A DNA stretch of 64,000 nucleotides from Desulfobacterales bacterium (lineage in GTDB: Bacteria > Desulfobacterota > Desulfobacteria > Desulfobacterales > UBA2174): the NCBI GenBank assembly GCA_963668645.2, contig CAXXWC010000003.1:96001-160000 (forward strand), in the 5' to 3' direction. Both the position numbers and the translations under genes were made by a program. Of this stretch, positions 9,855 to 21,800 are shown piece by piece. The notes under the pieces were generated by a model. It worked only from the letters and a program-made list of their open reading frames with translations, searched no databases and was not told where the DNA came from. Each line of letters begins with the position of its first letter. The stretch's first letter is position 1.

Positions 9855-12800
9855 CTAGCGGCAGATCAACCGGGTTTTCCTGAACGTGTCCTCGTCCTGA
9901 ATATCCTGATCGGAGCGCTCGGCCGCATCGAAAGGTGAATTTGCCGCGGCCAGGGATCGCTGCTTCTGCTGTTCGAGATTGAGAATCTCGCTGATCAGAT
10001 AGCCGTTTGTCAGTGCGGTGAAAATCGGAGAAAGGGTGTTGACCACCACGTAGCCGGAAACACCGGCAAGCCCGTTGTAGGCGAATCCGCCGTCGGCCGT
10101 GATGGTGGCAAAATCCCCGGACAGGCCGCCGTTATAGGTCATCACTTCGAACCTGTCGCCCACATTGCTGATAAAGCCGCCGTACTGGGTCAAATCCAGG
10201 GTACCGTCCAGAGTCGCCGCGCCGGATACCGCCAGGTGGTCAAAACCGTTTCCCGGCACGAATCCTCCGATTTCCATGCTCAAAACGGCGTCAGTTCCCT
10301 GGATGTAATCCCCTCCTACCGCCAGAATGCCCGGCGAGGCCCCGGGCGATACCGTGCCGCCGAGGTTCTCCAGATTGCCGGACAGTATGCCTTCTCCGGA
10401 AAGCAAACCCCCGAGGAGGGTGAAATCCCCGCTGAAATCTCCCCCGGCCAGTTGCGTGAGGCCGCCGGTCTGGGTATAGCCGGCCGAAAACGCCATCGTT
10501 CCGCTGGCTGAGACGACACGTTGCCGCTGTTGCGTTACCGCAGCGCTGAACAAAGACGCCCCGCTGCCACCTGTCTTGGTCAGCGTGCCGGCATTGATCA
10601 CTGCGACCGAAACCGGCACATCGCTTTCCAGTAAAAGCGCAGCATCGGCCGAAATGCCCAAGTCACCCCCGCCGCTGACGGCACCGCTCCCCCCACCGGC
10701 TGCGGTGATGCTGTGCGGTGCGGCGCCGGTCAACTGGAGCAGCCCCCCCGGGGCGATGACGTACTGCCCGCTGCTGTTCGATCCGCCGGCCAGCGTGAGG
10801 CTTCCGGTGTCGATTCGGACCGCCCCGCTGTTGGACAACGGCAGCGAGACAAGCGAATCTGCCGCCCCGGCATTCTTTTGCAGCGTACCGGCGTTGACCA
10901 GGCGACCGCCGCCCCCATCGAGGATATCCAGATCACCTCTGACTTCCATCTGCCCCGGGTTGTTGAAAAGCGCACCGGCCACGCCGCCCACGACAAAAGA
11001 ACCGCTGCTGAAAACCAGATCGCCCGTGTTGTTGAGCGTGATCCCGTCCAGGGTCAGGGTTGAGGTCCCGGAAAAAGAGGAAGTGCCCGCAAGGTTCAAA
11101 ATTCCGCTGCCCCCACCGGTCACCGCCGAGGCACCCTCAGGATTCCAGGTAAACGTCCTGTCCACCGCGGCCGTTCCGTCCAACTGCAGCGCGCCGCCGC
11201 TGTAGGCCAGATCGCCGATGCCGATAGAAACGCCGTTTGCCACAGCCAGGGTTCCACCGGCCAGGGACAGGCTGTCGGCCGTCGATACATCTAAAATCGT
11301 CAGGGATCCGCCGGCAACCGAAAGGGCGTTGCCCGCCGCCACGGAGAGGATACCGATCTCATAGCTGCCGCTGGACAAGGTCACCGTGCTGGTGCCGTCG
11401 ACAATGCGCACATTGGTCCCGCCATCGGGAACCGTGCCCATACGCCAGTTTTCGGCCACGTTCCAAAAATCGCCCTCCCCTGCCCCGGTCCAGACGTTGT
11501 AAAAATGGACCAGGGAAATAGAAACCGCCTGGGATCCATAGCCGGTGGCGAAATCGAAACTGTCCGAGTAGTTGACCGTCGAAAAGGCTCCCGAATCCCC
11601 CCCGGATCCGGCTGCGATCAGGGTAAACGCGTCCCCCTCGGCCGCGTTGTACCCATCGAGATCGATAAGGTTCAGCGTCCCGAAATCACCGCCCTCACCC
11701 GACAAGATCCCCGTCACCTGAACCTGATCGTATCCCGTGCCCGGCGCCAGGCCGCCGATTTCGATGTCCAGGACGCTGTCCCCGGTTAATCCGAGGTCGC
11801 CTTCAATGACGAGGATTCCGGTCGAAGATCCCGCAACGATGGTGCCGGCGCCCATGGCGACATTGCCGCAAATCGTTCCGCTGCCGGTCAAACGGCCACC
11901 GTCGATGGTAAGATTTCCGGCGATGTCTCCCCCGGCCAGTCGGGTAACTCCGCCCGATTGCGTGTAGCCTCTGGAAAAGGCCAAGGTGCCCACATCGCTC
12001 CGAACGTCTCCGTTGTTGGCAAAGGGCAGATCGAATCCGGCCGTGCCGGTACCCAGCGTTTTTTGTACCGTAGCGCCTGCAGCATTGGTGAAATTGCCGC
12101 CGGTGCCGCCGGTTATGCTCAAATCCCCCTGAAGGTCAAACAGGCCCGCATTGTTGAACTCTGCTGCCGAGCCGGAACCGATCTGCAGCTCACCGCCGGT
12201 GTAAGTGACAATCCCCGTATTGTTGACCGTGATGCCGTCCAGGTACTTGGTCCCCGTCCCGGCAAGGACCGTCGTGGTTTCCAGGTTCAACACCCCGGTA
12301 CCCAGCCCGTCCAGGGTCGAATCGCTGTCAGCATTCCATTCGAACAAGCCGCCGACGGTTGCCGTACCGCCGACCTCGAACCTTCCGCCCGTAATCCTCA
12401 AATCACCCACTGAGATCGTGCCGGGCAGGGTCAGGGATCCGCCGGTCAGTTCCAGATCCGCGACACTGATGCCGCTGTTGATGCTCGCCGTGCCGCCGCT
12501 GAAACGATACGTCCCTTGCCCGTCAAAACGGGTGCCCGCTTCGAATTGATGCACGCCGCCGCCGAATACCATCGCCGTGCCGGTTTCGGCCGTGAAACCG
12601 CCCATCTGAATCCCGCCTCCGTTCAAGGCCAGAGTCCCCGCAGCGACGCGCACATCACCGCCGTTGTCAAAGGGCAGATCGAAATCGGCCGTACCGCTGC
12701 CTGCCGTCTTTTGCACCGTGCCGCCGGCCGTGTTGGTAAAATTGCCGCCGGCGCCGCCGGTCACGCTCAAGTCCCCTTGCAAGTCAAAGGTGCCCGAATT

Positions 12801-15800
12801 GATGAGCTGTGCCGCTGCGTCCTGGCCGATCTGCAATCCACCGCTCAGACAGGTCAGGACACCCGTGTTGTTCACCGCGATCCCATCCAGGTACTTGCCG
12901 CCTGTGCCCGCCAGCGTGGTCGTGCCGGCCAGATTCAATACCCCGGTGCCCAAACCGGCGAGCAGCGATTGGCTCTCTCCCGGGTTCCAGTCGAAGGCCC
13001 CGGCAACCGAAATCGTGCCGCCCACCTCCAATAATCCACCCGTATACGACAGGTCGCCGATCGAGAGGGTCCCCGGCACCTTCAAGGTCCCGCCGATCAC
13101 CTCCAGATCCGCGACACTGATACTGTCGTTGACGCTCGCCGTACCACCGCTGAAACGATACGTCCCTTGCCCGTCAAAACGGGCGCCCGCATCGAAGTGA
13201 TGGACACCCCCGCCGATGACCAGTACCGTCCCGGCCTCGGCCGTAAAACCGCCCGTCTGGTTCATGCCCCAGCCGTTCAAGGCCAGGGTCCCCACGGCAA
13301 CGCGCAGATCACCTTTGTTGTCAAAGGGCAGATCGAAATCGGCCGTACCGCTGCCTGCCGTCTTTTGCACCGTGCCGCCGGCCGCGTTGGCAAAATTGCC
13401 GCCGGCACCGCCGATCACGCTCAAATCCCCCTGGATGTCAAACATGCCCGCATTATTCAGCTTTGCCGTTGCGCTCTGACCGATCTGCAACCCGCCGCTC
13501 AGATAGGTCAGGACACCCGTGTTGTTCACCGTGATCCCATCCAGATACTTGCCGCCTGTACCTGCCAGTGTCGTCGTGCCGGCCAGATTCAATACCCCGG
13601 TGCCCAAACCGGTAAGCAGCGATTGGCTGTCGCCCGGGTTCCAGTCGAAGGCCCCGCCAACCGAAACCGTGCCGCCCACCTCCAGTAATCCACCCGTACA
13701 CGATAGGTGGCCGATGGAAAGGGTCCCTGGCACCTTCAAGGTCCCGCCGATCACCTCGGCATCCGCGACATTGATACTGTCGTTGACGCTCGCCATGCCG
13801 CCGCTGAAGCGATACGTCCCCTCCCCGTCAAAACGGGCGCCCGCATCAAACTGATGGACACCCCCGCCGATGACCAGCACCGTGCCGGCCCCGGCCGTGA
13901 AGCCGCCCGTCTGAATCCCGCCCCCGTTCAAGGATAGGGTTCCCGCAGCCACGCGCAGGTCACCGCTATTGTCAAAGGGCAGATCGAAATTGGCTGCGCC
14001 AGGGCCGGCCGTCTTTTGCACCGTGCCGTCCGCCGCATTGAAAAAGGCGCCCAAGTCTCCGGAGACCTGAGTGAAGAGCGCATCCGACCGGATATCGAAA
14101 ACGCCGACATTATAGATGGTCGCGCCATCGTGGAAATCAATCTGATCCGCGCTTAGCGTCACCGTCGCCGCGTTTTCCAGGGTGTAGTCCCGGAGTGCCT
14201 TCTGGCCTGAGTCAAGGATGCTCAATCCACCGGCCACCACCAAGCGACCGCCTCCTGACCCCAAGGTGCCGCCGGACCATGTCGTTTCCCGACCAGCCGT
14301 CAACACCCCCAATCCGCCGATATCTCCTGAAGAGAGGTTCAATGCGCCGATCTGTGAATCAGCATTGGCCACAAGCGAACCGCCGGTAACCGACAAGCTG
14401 TCGATCATCGAGCTGTCTGAAATGGTCAAAGAGCCACCGCTGATCGAAAGGGCGTTGCCCCCTGCCACGGACAAGATGCCGATTTCATAACTGCCGCCCG
14501 ACAAATTTACCGTGCTGCTGCCGTCGACAATCCGCACATTGGTCCCGTTGTCCGGAACCGTTTCCATTCGCCAATTTTCAGCCACTCCCCAAAAATCACT
14601 CCCCGCTGCTCCGGTCCAGACGTTGTAAAGATGGATCAGGGAAAGGCTTACTGCCTGAGGCGCATAGGCGATTTCAAAATCGAAGCTGTTAGAGTAATTG
14701 GCCGTCGCAAAAGCCCCCGTATCCCCACCGGATCCGGCCGTGATCAGCGTAAATCCATCCCCTTCGGCCGGGCTATAGCCGGCAAGATCAATGATGTTCA
14801 AGGTCCCGAAATCACCGCCCGCACCCGACAGGGTCCCGGTCACCTGAACCTGATCGTAGTCAATGCCCGCCGACAGGCCCTTGATCTCGATCTCCAGGGT
14901 CCCGGCATTGCTCAGCTCAAGATCGCCGTCGATCACCAAGATTCCCGGGCCCTCATCGCCCGGAGAGATCACCCCCTGATTGACCAAGCCGGTGGCCGGC
15001 GTGCGGATCGTGCCCGTGCCGCGAATCAGACCGTCCGCACTGTTGACAAGCCCCGAACCCGTCGCACTGAATACCGCCCCTTGGGCCACCGCGAGGGTTC
15101 CCGCATTGGAAAACGCGCTGGCCGTCTCCAAAATCCCCGTGCCGAGATCCACCAATCCGCTGTTTTCAAAGGTGCTGGTTCCGATCCCGAGCGTATCTGC
15201 CGCCCCGGCCAGATCCACGTTCAGGGTCCCGCTGTTGGCAAAACCGCCCGCACCGTTGATTTCATACCCGCCCGCAGAGGCTGTCAGGGTGCCCTGGTTC
15301 TCAAACCGGCTCGCCTCGGCCACAACGATGTCCCCGGCCGACCAGTCCGCCACTGCCGTGTTCACCACCTGGCGCGTGCCGGACAGCACCTTGTCGGCCG
15401 CCGTATCCAGCGTCAACCCGCCGGCAAACGTGGTCACGCCACTGCCGCCCTGGACCCCACCCTGCCACAGACCGGCACCGGTTACCGTCAACCCGTCCGT
15501 GCCGCCCAGGATGCCACCGCTTTGCGTGTACCCCTCAACGCTCAACCCAGTGCCGTTGCTCAATTCCAGGCTGCCGCCGCTGATCTCAAGCTCGTTGCCC
15601 AGGTTGTTGATCAGGGCTCCGGGAGCAAAACACACCGCCCCTGCGCTCACCCGCGTCGCTCCGGTAACTTCATAGGTGGCTCCGGATTCAAACGCCACCG
15701 CCGCCCCGTCGAATCGGACCGCATCGCCTGTCAGCGACACTGTCGAGGATAAATCGTAATCGCCGGCCACAAACCGCAGCAGCGCACCGCTCGCATCAAA

Positions 15801-18800
15801 ATCCCCGCTGTAGGTCCCGCCTGTCGCACGAAGCTCCAGAACCCCGCTTTGCACATCCACCAGGCCGCTGTGATCAAAGGTGCCGGTTCCGATCCCGAGC
15901 GTGTCTGCCGCCCCGGCCAGAACCACGTTCAGGGTCCCGCTGTTGGCAAAAACGCCCGCACCGTTGATCTGATACCCGCCCGCCGAGGCTGTCAGGGTGC
16001 CCTGGTTCTCAAAGCGGCTCGCATCGGCCACAACCATGTCCCCGGCCAGCCAGTCCGCCACTGCCGTGTTCACCACCTGGCGCGTGCCGCCCAGAACCTT
16101 GTCGGCCGCCGTATCCAGCGTCAACCCGCCGGCAAACGTGGTCACGCCGCTGCCGCCCTGGACCCCGCCCTGCCACAGACCGGCACCGGTTACCGTCAAC
16201 CCGTCCGTGCCGTTCAGAGTACCGCCGCTTTGCGTGTACCCCTCAACGCTCAACGCAGTGCCGCTGCCCAATTCCAGGCTGCCGCCGCTGATCTCAAGCT
16301 CGCTGCCCAGGTTGTTGATCAGGGCTCCGGGCGCAAAACTTGCCGCCCCTGCGCTCACCCGCGTCGCTCCGGTGACTTCATAGGTGGCTCCGGATTCAAA
16401 CGCCACCGCCGCCCCGTCGAATCGGACCGCATCGCCTGTCAGCGACACCGTCGAGGATAAATCGTAATCGCCCCCCACGAACCGCAGCAGCGCACCGCTC
16501 GCATCAAAATCCCCGCTGTAGGCCCCGCCGGCTGCACTCAGCTCCAGAACCCCGCTTTGCACATCCACCAGGCCGCTGTGATCGAAGGTGCCGGTTCCGA
16601 TCCCGAGCGTGTCTGCCGCCCCAGCCAGAACCACGTTCAGGGTCCCGCTGTTGGTAAAAACGCCCGTGCCACCGATCTCATACCCGCCCGCTGTGGCCGT
16701 CAGGGTGCCCTGGTTTTCAAAGCGGCTCGCCTCGGCCACAACCATGTCCCCGGCCAGCCAATCCGCCTCTGCCGTGTTCACCACCTGCCGCGTGCCGCCC
16801 AGAACCTTGTCGGCCCCTGTATCCAGCGTCAATCCGCCGGCAAACGTCGTCACGCCACTGCCGTCATGCGTCCCGGCTTCCCATTGGGCCGCTCCCAGCA
16901 CCGTCAATCCACCGGCTCCCGTCAACTGGCCCCCGGAAAAACGCAGCGCCCCTTCGAGCTGTGAATCGTCCCCGATGGACAGCCCACCGCCTTCGATCAC
17001 CAATCCATTGCCCGCATAAAGCGAAATCTGCCCGATCTCATAAGACCCCTGGTCCAGCGTCACTGTGCTGGTCCCGTCCTTGATCAGCGCGTTCTCGCCC
17101 CGGTCCGGAACACGGCCCAAACTCCAGTTGCCCCCCACACCCCAAAAACCGTCGCCGCCCAAAATCCATATGTTGTAAAGATCCGCCAGGCTCAACGCCA
17201 CTGCCGCCGGATCGTAGACCGCCGCAAATCCGTAACTCTCCGGTTGCAGGATCGTCGCAAAAGTCCCCGTATCCCCACCGGATCCGGCCGTGATCAGCGT
17301 AAATCCATCCCCTTCGGCCGGGCTGTATCCGGCAAGATCAATGATGTTCAAGGTCCCAAAATCACCGCCCGCACCCGACAGGGTCCCGGTCACCTGAACC
17401 TGATCGTAGTCAATGCCCGCCGACAGGCCCTTGATCTCGATCTCCAGGGTCCCGGCATTGCTCAGCTCAAGATCGCCGTCGATCACCAAGATTCCCGGGC
17501 CCTCATCGCCCGGAGAGATCACCCCCTGATTGACCAAGCCGGTGGCCGGCGTGCGGATCGTGCCCGTGCCGCGAATCAGACCGTCCGCACTGTTGACAAG
17601 CCCCGAACCCGTCGCACTGAATACCGCCCCTTGGGCCACCGCGAGGGTTCCCGCATTGGAAAACGCGCTGGCCGTCTCCAAAATCCCCGTGCCGAGATCC
17701 ACCAATCCGCTGTTTTCAAAGGTGCTGGTTCCGATCCCGAGCGTATCTGCCGCCCCGGCCAGATCCACGTTCAGGGTCCCGCTGTTGGCAAAACCGCCCG
17801 CACCGTTGATTTCATACCCGCCCGCAGAGGCTGTCAGGGTGCCCTGGTTCTCAAACCGGCTCGCCTCGGCCACAACGATGTCCCCGGCCGACCAGTCCGC
17901 CACTGCCGTGTTCACCACCTGGCGCGTGCCGGACAGCACCTTGTCGGCCGCCGTATCCAGCGTCAACCCGCCGGCAAACGTGGTCACGCCACTGCCGCCC
18001 TGGACCCCACCCTGCCACAGACCGGCACCGGTTACCGTCAACCCGTCCGTGCCGTTCAGAGTACCGCCGTTTTGCGTGTACCCCTCAACGCTCAACGCAG
18101 CGCCGCTGCCCAATTCCAGGCTGCCGCCGCTGATCTCAAGCTCGCTGCCCAGGTTGTTGATCAGGGCTCCGGGAGCAAAACTTGCCGCCCCTGCGCTCAC
18201 CCGCGTCGCTCCGGTAACTTCATAGGTGGCTCCGGATTCAAATGCCACCGCCGCCCCGTCGAATCGGACCGCATCGCCTGTCAGCGACACTGTCGAGGAT
18301 AAATCGTAGTCGCCGGCCACGAACCGCAGCAGCGCACCGCTCGCATCAAAATCCCCGCTGTAGGTCCCGCCGGCTGCGCGAAGCTCCAGAACCCCGCTTT
18401 GCACATCCACCAAGCCGCTGTGATCGAAGATCCCGGTTCCGATCCCGAGCGTGTCTGCCGCCCCGGCCAGAACCACGTTCAGGGTCCCGCTGTTGGCAAA
18501 AACGCCCGCACCGTTGATTTCATACCCGCCCGCTGTGGCCGTCAGGGTGCCTTGGTTCTCAAACCGGCTCGCCTCGGCCACAACGATGTCCCCGGCCAGC
18601 CAGTCCGCCACTGCCGTGTTCACCACCTGGCGCGTGCCGCCCAGAACCTTGTCGGCCGCCGTATCCAGCGTCAACCCGCCGGCAAACGTGGTCACGCCGC
18701 TGCCGCCCTGGACCCCGCCCTGCCACAGACCGGCACCGGTTACCGTCAACCCGTCCGTGCCGCCCAGGATACCGCCGCTTTGCGTGTACCCCTCGACGCT

Positions 18801-21800
18801 CAACCCAGTGCCACTGCTCAATTCCAGGCTTCCGCCGCTGATCTCAAGTTCGCTGCCCAGGTTGTTGATCAGGGCTCCGGGCGCAAAGCTCACCGCCCCT
18901 GCGCTGACCCGCGTCGCTCCGGTAACTTCATAGGTGGCTCCGGATTCAAACGCCACCGCCGCCCCGTCGAATCGGACCGCATCGCCTGTCAGCGACACCG
19001 TCGAGGATAAATCGTAATTGCCGGCCACAAACCGCAGCAGCGCACCGCTCGCATCAAAATCCCCGCTGTAGGTCCCGCCGGTCGCGCTCAGTTCCAGAAC
19101 CCCGCTTTGCACATCCACCAGGCCCCTGTGATCAAAGATCCCGGTTCCGATCCCGAGCGTTTCCGCGGCCCCGGCCAGAGCCACGTTCAGGGTCCCGCTG
19201 TTGGCAAAACCGCCCGCACCGTTGATCTGATACCCGCCGGCCGTCGCCGTCAGCGTGCCCTGGTTGTCAAAACGGCTCGCGTCGCCCAGTACGATGTCGC
19301 CCGCCAGCCAATCCGCCTCTGCCGCGTTCACCACCTGACGCGTGCCGCCCAGAACCTTGTCGGCCCCTGTATCCAGCGTCAATCCGCCGGCAAACGTCGT
19401 CACGCCACTGCCGTCATGCGTCCCGGCTTCCCATTGGGCCGCTCCCAGCACCGTCAATCCACCGGCTCCCGTCAACTGGCCCCCGGAAAAACGCAGCGCC
19501 CCTTCGAGCTGTGAATCGTCCCCGATGGACAGCCCACCGCCTTCGATCACCAATCCATTGCCCGCATAAAGCGAAATCTGCCCGATCTCATAAGACCCCT
19601 GGTCCAGCGTCACTGTGCTGGTCCCGTCCTTGATCAGCGCGTTCTCGCCCCGGTCCGGAACACGGCCCAAACTCCAGTTGCCCCCCACACCCCAAAAACC
19701 GTCGCCGCCCAAAATCCATATGTTGTAAAGATCCGCCAGGCTCAACGCCACTGCCGCCGGATCGTAGACCGCCGCAAATCCGTAACTCTCCGGTTGCAGG
19801 ATCGTCGCAAAAGTCCCCGTATCCCCACCGGATCCGGCCGTGATCAGCGTAAATCCATCCCCTTCGGCCGGGCTGTATCCGGCAAGATCAATGATGTTCA
19901 AGGTCCCAAAATCACCGCCCGCACCCGACAGGGTCCCGGTCACCTGAACCTGATCGTAGTCAATGCCCGCCGACAGGCCTCCGATCTCGATCTCCAGGGT
20001 ACTGTCGCCAGTCAGCGAAAGGTCGCCGTCGATCTTTAAAATGCCCGTTGACGCTCCCGGTGCAATCGTGCCCGCGTTGTTGACCACATCGCCGAAGACC
20101 GTCCCGCTGCCGGTCAACATTCCGCCGTCCAGCACCAGGACACCAGAAAAATCGCCGCCGGCCAACTCGGCAATCCCTGCCGACTGGCTATAGCCTCCGT
20201 CAAAAACCATCCGCCCGCTGCCGGCGATCACGCTCCCGCTGTTGCTCACCGCGCCGTTGAATGTCGATGCCCCGCCGCTCCCGGTCTTGGTCAGGGTTCC
20301 TGAATTGGACACGGCCACCGACAAGGATCCATCGTTTTCAAGCGCCAGTGTCGTGCCGGCGAGGATACTCAGGGTCCCGGCCCCGGTCACGACGCCTTCA
20401 GCGCCCGTGATCGTGTGGACCGCAGCGCCGCTCAACTCCAGGCGCGCACCGGATCCGATGGCGTACTCGCCGCTGCTGCTCGATCCGTCCCCGATCGTCA
20501 GGCTTCCACTGTCAACCGCTACCAGACCGGTGTTGGTCAGCGGCAGCACCAGACTCGCATCTCCCGTACCGCCACTCTTTTGTACCGTGCCCGAGTTGAC
20601 CAGACTCCCGCCGCCACCACCACCGGCGTTGATGTCCAGGTCCGCCTGAATCTCCAGCAGCCCGGTATTGTCCAATACGGCGCCTCCGTCCACCACCAGC
20701 GTCCCGGCGCTGTAAATCGCATCGCTCGTGTTGTGGACCGCAACCCCGTTGAAGGTCTTGATGCCGGCGCCTGAAAAAAGAGTTGTACCGGCCAGATTCA
20801 AGACCCCGGTGCCCGCGCCCGAGATCGAGGAAGCGTTGACCGGATTCCAGCTGAAGAGCCTGTCCACCGTCGCCGTACCGACCAGTTGAAGCGAACCGCC
20901 CGTGTAAGCCAGCTCACCAGCGCCGATGCCCACGCCTGCGGGCACCACCAGGGTGCCTCCGGAAAGCGACAGGCTGTCGATGGTGGACGCGTCGGAAAGC
21001 GTCAACGACCCGCCGGTGACCGAAAGCGCATTACCCCCCGCCACCGATAGCGATTCGATGGCATAGGTGCCGCCTGTCAAACTCACCGTGCTGGTCTGGT
21101 CGATGATCCGGACCTTGTCCCCGTCGCCGGGAACCGTCCCGAAACTCCAGTACCCGGGGACCGCCCACGAACCGTCAGTCCCATGGATCCAGGTGTTGTA
21201 GATGCCGGCAAGATTCAAAATGATGCTGGTCGAATCGTAGACCGGAAGAAAATCGAAGCTCGCCTCCTGCGCGATGGTGGAAAAAACGCCTGAATCGCCC
21301 CCGCTGCCGGCCGTTATAATGGTAAAGGTGTCTCCCTCAACGGCGCTGTAGCCCGGCAGGGTGATGATATTCAAGGTGCCGAAATCGTCGTACGCCCCCT
21401 GGCCGGATTTCCCGGACAAGGCACCGGTTACCTGAACCTGATCGTATCCCGCCGTGCTTTGGATCTCTATATCCAGGGCGCTTTCGCCGCTCAGGGAAAG
21501 ATCTCCATCAATGACCAAAAGACCCGGCGACGCTCCCGGGGCGATCGTGCCGGCACTGACGGTCACGTTGCCCGAGATCGTACCACTGCCGGTCAACAGC
21601 CCGCCGTCGATGGTCAATTCGCCGGCAAGATCTCCTCCGGCCAGCTGGGTGATCCCGGACGACTGGATGTAGGTGCCTTGCTCAAAGGAAAGGGTCCCGG
21701 CTTCAACACTCACGGTCCCCGAGTTGTTGAAAATGGCCTCGATGGTCGAGGTGCCTGCACTGGTGGATTTGATCAGGGTACCGGCGTTGTTGATGGTGGG

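Noticed and set aside
9855..10500. TpsA as a contact-dependent inhibition (CdiA) toxin
   Set aside because: No VENN or pretoxin motif, no toxin-like C-domain and no small immunity gene; beta-repeats continue almost to the end.
14703..20000. Repeats as a CRISPR array, mobile element or DGR template
   Set aside because: Units are long, in-frame and coding, with no spacers, terminal repeats, transposase or reverse transcriptase.
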